64,000 nucleotides of DNA from Candidatus Hydrogenedentota bacterium (GTDB lineage: Bacteria > Hydrogenedentota > Hydrogenedentia > Hydrogenedentales > SLHB01): positions 122,716 through 186,715 of the forward strand of contig BTWA01000010.1 in assembly GCA_045863295.1 (NCBI GenBank), given 5' to 3'. The position numbers and the translations under genes were made by a program. Positions 38,443-48,400 of the stretch are shown here, piece by piece. Every line of letters starts with the position of its first letter. Position 1 is the stretch's first letter. The notes under the pieces were generated by a model. That model ran no database searches. It was not told where the DNA came from and worked only from the letters and a program-made list of their open reading frames with translations.

Positions 38443-39459
38443 ATGAAGGCCGTCGAAATTCACGGACAGTTTGGGCTGGATAATCTGCGCTCCGTCGAGC
38501 GATCCGTACCGGAAGCCGGGCCGGGCCAGGTGTTGGTGAAAGTGCATGCGGCCTCGCTGAACTACCGCGATTTGCTCATGGTCAATGGTTTCTACAACCC
38601 ACGCCAACCCCTGCCTCTGATTCCATGCAGCGACGGCGCGGGCGAGATTGTTGCTGTTGGCGCGGGCGTATGCCGGTGGAAAACGGGTGATCGGGTGGCC
38701 GGATGCTTTGCGCAGGGTTGGGTCGCCGGCCGTCCCACGCGCACGAAACTGGCAGCCACCACGTTGGGAGGTCCGCTGGACGGCATGTTGGCGGAATACG
38801 CGGTCCTCGAGGAAGACGGCGTCGTGGCGATACCCGGCCATTTACGATTCGAGGAGGCGGCGACCCTGCCGTGCGCGGGGGTTACCGCTTGGAGCGCGCT
38901 GTTTCGACACGCGTCCGTGCAACCCGGCGAGACGGTACTCCTGCTCGGTACGGGCGGCGTATCCATTTTCGCGCTTCAGTTTGCCAAGTTGGCCGGCGCA
39001 AACGTCATTATCACTTCCAGCAGCGACGAGAAGCTTGAGCGCGCCAAGGCACTCGGCGCGGATCACGGAATCAACTATAAACACGAGGAGGCTTGGGGCA
39101 AGGCTGCTGCCAAAATTGCCGGCCGCGAAGGCGTGGATTACGTCATTGAAACCGGCGGCGTGGGCACCATGACGCAGTCCATGCGCTGCATACGCATGGG
39201 CGGCAGCATTCTGCTGATCGGCGTGTTGGGCGGATACGAAGCGCCTCTAAACTTGACGCCGGTGCTGATGCAGGACGTGCGCGTTCAAGGCGTGATTGTG
39301 GGGCCGCGCGAGACGTTTGAAACCATGAATGCGGCCATTGCTTCAACGAAGTTGCAGCCGGTGATCGACAAGACGTTTCCAATGAGCGAAATACGCGCCG
39401 CCTTCGAACACATGGCCGAAGGCAAGCATTTCGGCAAGATCGTCGTGCGGGTCGAGTAG
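38443..39459 (+). CDS. NAD(P)-dependent medium-chain dehydrogenase/reductase
   Basis: SLNYRD, SDGAG, LPCAGVTAW, GTGGVS and HFGKIV. Confidence 0.9.
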   Translation: MKAVEIHGQFGLDNLRSVERSVPEAGPGQVLVKVHAASLNYRDLLMVNGFYNPRQPLPLIPCSDGAGEIVAVGAGVCRWKTGDRVAGCFAQGWVAGRPTRTKLAATTLGGPLDGMLAEYAVLEEDGVVAIPGHLRFEEAATLPCAGVTAWSALFRHASVQPGETVLLLGTGGVSIFALQFAKLAGANVIITSSSDEKLERAKALGADHGINYKHEEAWGKAAAKIAGREGVDYVIETGGVGTMTQSMRCIRMGGSILLIGVLGGYEAPLNLTPVLMQDVRVQGVIVGPRETFETMNAAIASTKLQPVIDKTFPMSEIRAAFEHMAEGKHFGKIVVRVE

Positions 39460-39614
39460 TAGACGCGGCATCTTGCCGCGTCCGAGGGCCTGCATGCGGC
39501 CTGACAGCAGAATTGTCTTAAGCGATCACACGAATTTGTCGAGTTCCTTTAGAATCCACTGAAGTTACCCATACAAGTTACGGTGGAACGAAAGCGGCAG
39601 GATGCCGCTTCTAC
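39459..39614. repeat. REPIN: two inverted GTAG-type REPs
   Basis: GTAG-ACGCGGCA-TCT-TGCCGCGT (39459-39481, +) and GTAG-AAGCGGCA-TCC-TGCCGCTT (39614-39592, -). Spacer is 110 nt. Confidence 0.85.
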
Positions 39615-39632
39615 TTCTTGGAGCGTTTACTT

Positions 39633-40775
39633 GTGCGCATTGTTGTTGCGCCCGATAGCTTTAAGGAATGCCTGACTGCGCGTGAGGTGGCCGACGCGAT
39701 GGCGGCGGGCGCGCGCCGGGCCATGCCAGACGCGTCCATCGACCTCATCCCCATGGCCGACGGCGGCGAGGGGACCGTGGATGCCTTGGTTGCCGCCGCA
39801 GGAGGCGAAAAGGTGTGCGTGACCGTGACTGGCCCGTGCGGCGAACCCGTGGATGCGGCCTATGGCGTCATCGACGGCGGACGCACGGCGGTCATCGAAA
39901 TGGCGGCGGCCTCCGGGCTGGCGCTGGTGCCGCCTGACCGGCGGGACCCCCGATTGACAACGACGTATGGAACCGGCGAATTGATTGCCGACGCCCTGGG
40001 CGCAGGCATCCGCCGCATCATTGTTGGCCTAGGGGGCAGCGCGACGAACGACGGCGGCGCAGGCATGGCCCAGGCACTGGGATTTCGATTGCTGGATGCG
40101 CAGGGCGATGACCTTGATCCCGGAGGCGCTGCGTTGATGCGTCTCGCGACGATAGATCCGTCCGGAAGACTTGGCGGACTGGACGAGAGCGAAATCCTCG
40201 TTGCATGCGACGTAGACAATCCATTGTGCGGGCCCCGTGGCGCATCCCGCACGTACGGACCGCAAAAGGGCGCCCATGAGTTCGCAGTTCAGGAATTGGA
40301 TGCCGCGCTGCACCATTTTGGCAAATGCATCGAAAAGCAGTTGGGAAAACCTGTATTGCACGCGCCCGGCGCGGGGGCGGCGGGAGGACTGGGTGCGGGT
40401 TTAATCGCATTCTGCGGCGCCACACTGCGGCCCGGTGTGGACCTTGTTGCAGACGCCTGCAATCTTCGAGGCCGTATCCATGGCGCGGATCTGGTCATAA
40501 CCGGCGAAGGCCGTATCGACGGTCAGTCCGCGCATGGCAAGACCCCGGTGGGGGTTGCGCGCATTGCCAAGGAAGCGGGCGTGCCGGTGTTGGCTCTTGC
40601 GGGGGCTTTGGGCGAAGACGCGTCTGTCGTTTACAATTGCGGTATAGACGCCGTGTTTGCCATTGGCGACCGGCCCATGAATCTGGAGGAAGCGCTGGTC
40701 CGCGCGCGTCCGTTGATTGCGGCCACGACGGAGGCGGGGGTGCGGCTATGGGCCGCCGCGAGGAGTACGGGGTGA
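39633..40775 (+). CDS. garK: Glycerate kinase (GarK/GlxK family)
   Basis: APDSFKE, PMADGGEGT, GGSATNDGG, GPQKGA and ITGEGRID. Confidence 0.93.
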   Translation: MRIVVAPDSFKECLTAREVADAMAAGARRAMPDASIDLIPMADGGEGTVDALVAAAGGEKVCVTVTGPCGEPVDAAYGVIDGGRTAVIEMAAASGLALVPPDRRDPRLTTTYGTGELIADALGAGIRRIIVGLGGSATNDGGAGMAQALGFRLLDAQGDDLDPGGAALMRLATIDPSGRLGGLDESEILVACDVDNPLCGPRGASRTYGPQKGAHEFAVQELDAALHHFGKCIEKQLGKPVLHAPGAGAAGGLGAGLIAFCGATLRPGVDLVADACNLRGRIHGADLVITGEGRIDGQSAHGKTPVGVARIAKEAGVPVLALAGALGEDASVVYNCGIDAVFAIGDRPMNLEEALVRARPLIAATTEAGVRLWAAARSTG

Positions 40776-43750
40776 CAAAATCGCCGGACACGGTTCATTT
40801 GGACGAAGCCCATACGGTCAAACGTAGCCTGGACGAAATACTGGAAGGCGAGGGGTCGGAGTCGCTTCGCGTAAATCTCGCCGACGCGCTCACGACCTGC
40901 GGCGACCCGCAAGCCGCGATGGTCCGGCTGGACCGGTACTTGTCCGCGTCGCATACCCCTTTCGCCGACATCAGCCTCCTTTCCAATGCGCCTCGTTTCG
41001 CGCGCATGTTGGTTACCGTGCTTAGCCAAAGCGAGTTCCTTACCGATATCGTTTGCCGCAATCCCGAATTCATGACCTGGCTCTGGCAAGAGGTCGATCT
41101 GGCCGTGTCCCGTCCCCGCGACGAAATGACGCACGACCTGTTCAGGCAGGTGGCGGGAGTGGACACCTTCGACGCGCGGTGCCGCGTCATGCGCCGGTTC
41201 AAACGCCGGGAGATCCTCCGAATCGCCACGCGCGACGTGTTTCAACACGCGGACCTGCAGTCCATCCTCGACGACCTGACCCATCTCGCCGAGTCGACGC
41301 TGGAAGCGGCCATCGAGAGCGCGCACCGCGAACTGGAACCGCGCCACGGCACGCCAATGACCGCTTCGGGCGAACCCGCTTCGTTCGTGGTGCTGGGCAT
41401 GGGCAAGCTCGGCGGCCGGGAACTCAACTTCAGTTCGGACATCGATCTCATCTTTCTCTATTCCGAGGACGGCGAAACAACCGGCGGCCGTGATCGATCG
41501 GTTACGAACGGCGAGTACTATCACAAGCTGGGCGAGCGGATCATCAAGGCGATGAGTGACATCACCGCCGAAGGCAACGTGTTTCGCGTGGACATGCGGC
41601 TCCGGCCGCATGGGCGAACCGCACCGCTCGCAGTCACGGTTGCCTCCGCATTCGACTACTTCGAACGCACCGGGCAGGCTTGGGAACGCCAGGCTCTCAT
41701 TAAATGCCGTCCGGTCGCGGGTGATCGTGCATTGGGCGAAGCGTTTGTCACGCATACACGCCCATTTGTCTTTCCCCGATTCTTTGACGACGAGACGCTG
41801 GAAGACATCCGTGCGATGAAGCAGCAGATGGAAAAGATCATCAGCGCGCGCGGTGAAACTGAAACCGAGGTAAAACTGGGCAAGGGCGGAATTCGCGACA
41901 TCGAATTTACCGTGCAGATGCTGCAATTGCTGAACGGAGGGCGCTACGAGGAACTTCGGTCCGGAAATACGTTGCAAGTGATTGATGCGCTGGGGCAATT
42001 GAATCTGCTAAGCCCGTTTGAGGCCACCACCCTGGCGAGTAACTATACGTTTCTGAGGCAGGTCGAGCACCGGCTCCAAATCGAAGGCAGTCAACAGCGC
42101 CACGCGTTGCCCGATTCGCCTCGCCAACTCGACACGTTTGCGCGCCTGTTTGGGTACGAGTCCGGTCCTGCGTTCATGGTGGAGTACGGCGATCGCGCGG
42201 ACGAAACGCGGTTTATCCTCGAAAAGTTTCTGGCCACCAAAGGCGCCGGCAACCTCTGGGTGAACGACCTGCTCAATCCGCACTCCGAGGCGGAAGTTGG
42301 CCTGAAGCGGCTGGAGGAAATCGGCTTTACCGATACCGGCGCGGCCCGCAAAGAGCTGTTGCACCTGGCGTGCGGCACAGCCGACCGCTCCCATTCGCTG
42401 CACGTGCGCCAGGCCTTTGGCGTTATCGCGCCAAACTTGTTGAAAGCGCTCGCGGAAACCGCGAACCCGGATGCGACCTTGGTGCAACTCAGCCGGATCC
42501 TGGGCGGATTGAAAGCGCCGGCATCCGTATACGACATACTGAAGTGGAATCCCGATTTCACAAAGTATCTTGTCGGCCTCGTGGAAAACAGCCCCTACCT
42601 GTCCGAATTTATTATTCGCGACCCCGGTCTGTTTGACGTATTCGGGCGCGCCGGCGCCTTGGGCCATGCGGCCCGACGCGAAGACCTCGAACGCGAACTG
42701 GACGCCCTCGTGTCAGCCGCAGATCCCGATGCCGCGCCGTATCGCCTGCATACAGGAGAGACCTTTCGCATCGGCGTACGCGACGTGTTTCACGGCATCA
42801 CCGTGTTCGACGTCGGCGCGGAACTGACGCAATTGGCCGACGTTATTCTGCAACACGTGCTTAAACTGGCCCGAGTCAAAGTCGCCGCACGGTTCGGACC
42901 GAGCGATGCGCCGTTCGCCGTACTCGCGCTCGGAAAACTTGCCGCTCACGAAATGGGCTACGGCAGCGATCTCGACCTGATCTTCGTCTATGACAACGAA
43001 GTTGAAATCGAATCCGGCGCGGATCCGCTGGAGTACTTCACGGCCGTCGCTGCCACGACATTGAATCTCCTCAAAGAACGAACGCGTCATGGCGTGCTTT
43101 ACGATGTCGACCCGCGCCTGCGTCCCGACGGCGGCAAAGGATCGCTCGCCGTGAGCGTGAACCGGCTGCGCGGGTACTACACGGAACAGGCGCAGGCATG
43201 GGAACGGCTCGCGCTTTTGAAAGTGCGGGCGGTCGCGGGGGACGAAGGGTTTGCTGAACTGGTGGAAGCCCAGGCGCGCGCGCTCGCGTTTGCCCTGCCC
43301 CTCACGAGACAAAACCTGGAGAATATCGAAAACATCCGGACGAAAATGGCTGCATCGGCAAGCCCCTTGCACCTGAAGAAATGCGAAGGCGGAATCGCCG
43401 AACTCGAATTCGCGATTCGGCTGCTGCAAATCCGCCACGCGCCGGAACACCCCGAACTTGTGCGAGGCGACGTGCTCGGTGCCCTGCGCCGCCTGAGTGA
43501 ATTGAACCTGATTTCCGCGGATGACCACGCATTCCTCGAAGAGACGTACACCTTCTACCGCCGCATCGAAAACCGCATCCGCCTCGAACACGGTCGATCC
43601 ACCAGCACCCTGCCCGAAAATGAGGATGCCCGAGCGAATCTGGCCAAGCGATTGGGACTGGAAGGTGACTTGGTGGCTATGGTGGAAGAGAAGAAGAAGC
43701 GGGTGCATGAGTTATATCAGCAGACCATAATCGGATTGACTCACGCTTAG
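40772..43750 (+). CDS. glnE: Glutamine synthetase adenylyltransferase/adenylyl-removing enzyme
   Basis: Two NTase domains (GKLGGRELNFSSDIDL, GKLAAHEMGYGSDLDL), VDMRLRP and WERQA. AGGAG SD before GTG 40772. Confidence 0.95.
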   Translation: MTKSPDTVHLDEAHTVKRSLDEILEGEGSESLRVNLADALTTCGDPQAAMVRLDRYLSASHTPFADISLLSNAPRFARMLVTVLSQSEFLTDIVCRNPEFMTWLWQEVDLAVSRPRDEMTHDLFRQVAGVDTFDARCRVMRRFKRREILRIATRDVFQHADLQSILDDLTHLAESTLEAAIESAHRELEPRHGTPMTASGEPASFVVLGMGKLGGRELNFSSDIDLIFLYSEDGETTGGRDRSVTNGEYYHKLGERIIKAMSDITAEGNVFRVDMRLRPHGRTAPLAVTVASAFDYFERTGQAWERQALIKCRPVAGDRALGEAFVTHTRPFVFPRFFDDETLEDIRAMKQQMEKIISARGETETEVKLGKGGIRDIEFTVQMLQLLNGGRYEELRSGNTLQVIDALGQLNLLSPFEATTLASNYTFLRQVEHRLQIEGSQQRHALPDSPRQLDTFARLFGYESGPAFMVEYGDRADETRFILEKFLATKGAGNLWVNDLLNPHSEAEVGLKRLEEIGFTDTGAARKELLHLACGTADRSHSLHVRQAFGVIAPNLLKALAETANPDATLVQLSRILGGLKAPASVYDILKWNPDFTKYLVGLVENSPYLSEFIIRDPGLFDVFGRAGALGHAARREDLERELDALVSAADPDAAPYRLHTGETFRIGVRDVFHGITVFDVGAELTQLADVILQHVLKLARVKVAARFGPSDAPFAVLALGKLAAHEMGYGSDLDLIFVYDNEVEIESGADPLEYFTAVAATTLNLLKERTRHGVLYDVDPRLRPDGGKGSLAVSVNRLRGYYTEQAQAWERLALLKVRAVAGDEGFAELVEAQARALAFALPLTRQNLENIENIRTKMAASASPLHLKKCEGGIAELEFAIRLLQIRHAPEHPELVRGDVLGALRRLSELNLISADDHAFLEETYTFYRRIENRIRLEHGRSTSTLPENEDARANLAKRLGLEGDLVAMVEEKKKRVHELYQQTIIGLTHA

Positions 43751-44014
43751 GAGTCAGAACGATAGAAAGAAAGCGACCTGTCCACAGGTTGCGCTCCACT
43801 TGACCCATGGCTAGAGACCGCCGCCCCGCTCGTTCTAAAGCCATCGCATCCCTTGGCTTCTCATGGGCAATTGCACCCATTTGAATGCGGGTTTGTAACT
43901 GCGAGTGGAGCGATGTGTTGTCGATTCGCGAGTGCTGTAAGGAATGGGTTTATTCATTTCCAGATGCCCCGAAATGGGGTAAGCTTCGGCGAACTTTAGT
44001 GCCAACGTCTTTCC

Positions 44015-45262
44015 TCATCGCTCCGTATTCAGCCCGATCTGCACATCGCCCTTTGACAGATTTTCGATCTTCGCTCCACCCCGCAGGCGGTTGCTTGTGA
44101 TGATGGCTGCCTGGACATTCTCTCCCAATTGGATTTGCGCTTTGCCCTCGGCCATGAAGTCACAGCCCGTGACCGTGAGTCCGTCGTTGTTCGCGACAAT
44201 GCACGCTGCGCCGGTCTTGGCTTTGTCCCAATCCGAGAAATTACAAGCTTCGAAAAAGGTGTGGCCCTTGCCTTCAAGAATTGCATGGGATGACGTTGAA
44301 TCGATTGGCCAGAATCCCGTGGCGGTGAATTTTACTGGACCCCGGTTGTCCGGCCCCACTTCGATTCCCGCCATCATTTGGCAGTTGGCAAACGTGATGC
44401 CGGAATGCGCCTGCACTTGTTCCACCCGCACCGCACAGGGACCGACATCCGAACCTGACTGTGTTACAAGCACATTGCCAGGCCCATCATTGTAGGAATC
44501 GAAATGAAATCCGATCTTGTATCCAATGCAGAACGAATTGCTCACGTACTCCCAATCCGTGCGGCCAAAAAGAAATGCGATGCCTTCGCGTTCCGTGAAT
44601 TTACGCACTGGACCCTCTGTGGACCAGAATGGCCATATATGGGCATCTTCGATTCGACCCACGTCGAAGCACTTGTCCACGAAGATGCCTTTGTATAGGG
44701 CTTGCATATAGAGCGCACGAATGAAATGTCTTCCCGCCGGGTACGTGCCGAAATCAACACCCTGATACGGGTTCACCAGCAGCGTATCCGTGATCGTGCA
44801 ATTGTCGCCTATACCGCGAACGGTCCAGGGGTAGGCGTGAGGGGTCTCACTGTCCACCTGGTCAGGATAAAACACGACGAGACCCTTAAGCATCGAGCTT
44901 TCATGCAGCGTGATAAAGGGGACCCCGTCGACTTCGCCCTTGCCGGCGGTGGCAAGTAGTGTGCTGCCTTTCGAATTCTTGCTTCGGGGCGGTCCGGTCC
45001 AAACGCCTTCCAGTGTTACATCCGCTGGCACCGAGAGCGTTCCGGCAATGAGATAGTTCCCGAGGGGCACGCGGACAACGCCACCACTGCCCCCCGCGGT
45101 ATCCAGTGCCTTCTGAAAGGCTGCGGTCGCATCCGTACTGCCGTCCCCCACCGCGCCGAATTCGATCACCGAGAACTGGCCGGGTTCATTGTCCTCCGCC
45201 CAAACGTTCGAAATGGTGCAGACTATCCCCATTGCCCACAAGGCAAGCACGGATCTTGGCAT
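44015..45262 (-). CDS. Secreted right-handed beta-helix (pectate lyase 3/GH28-like fold) protein
   Basis: Signal peptide, FGAVGDGSTDATAAFQKALD...VPLGNY cap motif and beta-helix repeats. Confidence 0.8.
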   Translation of the reverse strand: MPRSVLALWAMGIVCTISNVWAEDNEPGQFSVIEFGAVGDGSTDATAAFQKALDTAGGSGGVVRVPLGNYLIAGTLSVPADVTLEGVWTGPPRSKNSKGSTLLATAGKGEVDGVPFITLHESSMLKGLVVFYPDQVDSETPHAYPWTVRGIGDNCTITDTLLVNPYQGVDFGTYPAGRHFIRALYMQALYKGIFVDKCFDVGRIEDAHIWPFWSTEGPVRKFTEREGIAFLFGRTDWEYVSNSFCIGYKIGFHFDSYNDGPGNVLVTQSGSDVGPCAVRVEQVQAHSGITFANCQMMAGIEVGPDNRGPVKFTATGFWPIDSTSSHAILEGKGHTFFEACNFSDWDKAKTGAACIVANNDGLTVTGCDFMAEGKAQIQLGENVQAAIITSNRLRGGAKIENLSKGDVQIGLNTER

Positions 45263-45427
45263 AAGGCATCCTCCCGGTAGAGCGATAGTTCCGTTTAGTG
45301 TAGCGATTTCGCGCCAAAACGGCACGCGAATCCCTTCCCGAATCGTCAACTTTCCATTCGTCCCGTGCCTCATTCTATTGTATACTCGAACGCACGGGTA
45401 ATCTGGCTGCAAGAGGGAAATCGCATC

Positions 45428-48400
45428 ATGCATTCTTTCCGTCTTTATTCGATGATTCTTGGAACAGGGTTGATTGTCGGATACGCCTTCGCGCAGGAGT
45501 CATTGTCCGCCAATGTACCTGCGATCGCGGCACTCAGTCCTGGGGGGGTAGCGCAGTTTCAGACACCCGCTCTTTCCTCCAACACCACGTATGCCATCAA
45601 CCTCGGCATGGTAACCGGCGGCTTGACCCAGGGCGAAGACGTGATGGTCAGGATTGAGTTGCCCGGATCGAATCCCATCGAAAAGCGTTTGCATGCGGGC
45701 GATCCCAGTATGTATTTGCCGTTGCGTTCGCAGTTGGATGCCAGCGCTGTTACCGTTTCCGCGACGCGAAGCGCGGCCGGACCCGAACGGCCGATTGTCC
45801 TGCAGACGCAGTGGGTACAACTTGCGATTCCGGAAGAAGCAGCGCGTTTTGAGGCCGAGCCCAACGATACGCCCGATCTCGCCAACCCGCTTCACATCGG
45901 TGTCACCGTGGAAGGCAGTGTGGACGATGTCGAGTATCTCGACAACCAACAAGAGGGCAAAAACGGACTGGACTGGTTTCGCATCGAAATCGATGAAGCC
46001 TGTCTCGTGTTGTTCGAGATGGTTATTCCTGATCGCGATGTGTCGGTTAACATGCGTGCATACACAAAGAATGAATCCGGCGAGGTCGTGCCCTATGAGA
46101 AGGGCAAGGATCCGATGGAAATTGTCCATGACCGCGAAAAAGAGCGCTATTCCAAGTCCATCTCCCGTGTGTTCGAGCCCGGCGTCTACTATCTGGAAGT
46201 CAATGCGAATCATCCGCGCTATCTTATCCGTACACACAAGTACCCGGTCCCCCCATACACCGATCCGACGCTTGCGGTTGAAGTGGGATTGCGCTATGTA
46301 ATGGACGTCGGCGATGCGTGGTTTGCGCAGATACCCCGCGAAGGAAACATCTACCAGCGCGCCGCGAACATGCACGAAACCGCCATGCGATGCACGGCCT
46401 GCCATCCCTCCGTATTCTCGACGGAGCCCAATCTTGTTGCGCACCGAAACGGGTATCCGATTCCATCCAAACAGAACTTCCGTTACGTCATCGAACGGAT
46501 CTACAACTCCATGGCGCCGTTCTACGGCCCGGGCGACATGTATTGGCAGCGCTTCATTGCGATTCCATTGCAATCCCAGGGCAAGCAAGGCGGGCTGCTC
46601 ATCGATTTCGAAAAGCAGATAAGCGGCAGGGAAACGCCCATTGTTGATCGTTTTGGCCCCATGTTGCGCACCGCGTGGATCGACCGCGATGTTCTTCCCG
46701 AAGACGAAGCCAACGGCGTTGTCCCGGCGGACAGTGCTTTCGGCTTTGCCTGGCGCGACTGGCGCGTACTGCAGGAAGTCTACCGTCGCACCGGCGACAC
46801 CTCGTATCTCGCCGCCGCGGATAACATCGAAAAGATCTTCACGGCCAAGGAAACCGAGACCCTGATCGACAACGTGCAGGATCGCGTTCACTTCGCGCTT
46901 GGACTCAGCTACATGGGCCGCGAGTACTATCGCGAACGCATTCAACAGGAGGTTGATGCGCTTTTTGCGATGCAAAACGAAGACGGTTCGTGGCACGAGG
47001 AAGGCAAGACTGGCAGCGCGGGCGCCGTATACACTACCGGCCAATTGCTCTATTCATTCATGGAAATGGGCCTGCGGCCGGAATCCGATCCGCGCATTGA
47101 ACGTGGGTTGCAGTGGCTCCTGGCCCAGCAACACGACTTTGGCGGCTGGTATCAAACCACCACCCACGAAAACTTCCGCACACCCATGCGCGAAACACGC
47201 TACGCGTTGATGGCGCTTTCGTCGGGTTACCCCAAGGGAGCGCCCTTGCGCGGCCTTGGCAATCTCAACGACGGCCCCGCCGAACTCCCCGCGCCTGAAG
47301 CGACCCCGGCGCAAATCGTGGATCGCTTCGAGAATATTCAGGAAGTGCCCGGCGCCCGCCAGGCGGAAGTCGCGGCGGCGGCCATTCCCTATCTGGCGCG
47401 TCCTGAGGCGCCCGTTCGCGCGGCGGCGGCCGCTTTGTTGGGCCGCATTGGCCGCGAGGAAAGCGTCGAGCCGTTGCACGCGCTTCTGACTGATCCGTCC
47501 AAACCGGCGTGGCGCGAGGCCGCCTGGGCGCTTCGCCAGTTGGGTAATCGCGGATACGGTGTGGAAAAGCTCAAGACCGCGCTCATGAGTCCGGATGTGT
47601 TGGTAAGGCGTGGCGCCTCCCGTGTGTTCGCCTATCAGTTTCAGGAAATGGACGGCCGGCTCGATATCGCCCGTGCGTTCATCCCGCTTACTGGCGATCC
47701 CGATCTGCTGACGCGCCTGCAAGCCATTCGCACCTTGCGTCAGTGGTGGTACCGCAGCGATGACACGGCACTGCGCACGGAAATTGTATCCACGCTTATT
47801 GACCGCATGGGCATGCCCAATGAATTCCCCATCGTGCGCACGAACCTTGCGCAGAATATGTACATTCTGCTTGATGAGAATCAGACGGGTGGCGTGAGCA
47901 TCCAACGCAATATCCGGGATTTCCCGAAGGAAACGCAGGATGCCGTACTGGCTGGCCGCGCGTGGGTGGAGGAAAACCTTCTCTTGAAGCCCGTGCTGAA
48001 TGCCATCGCCACAGGCAATGATCTCCAGCGGGAAGCCCTGCTGGAGAGTTTTGACGGTTCGTTTTTCAAAGGCCGTTTCTATGCGCGCGTTCCGCGTAAC
48101 ATGATCGACGTCGGGAATGATCGGGAGTTCAGCTTCCTGTACCAGCCCGATGCCGATCTGCTTGCGCGATCCATTGGCAACACCGTGAAAACGGAAACCC
48201 GCGCCAAACAACGCCAACGTGGGATTCAGTTGGCCAGTTTCTTCGAAATGCCGCAACACACCGCCGACACCGCCTTGCAGCTTACCCTGCTGGACAACAT
48301 GACCGCCGAAGAACCGGAATTGCGCGAAGCAGCGTACACGGCCGTGAGCCGCGACTGGGTTGTGTCGAATCCAAACGACGAGACCATTGCCGCGCGGCTT

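Noticed and set aside
40325..40771. 149-aa N-terminal extension of GlnE inside garK
   Set aside because: Non-protein-like composition. An SD with GTG at 40772 explains the gene.
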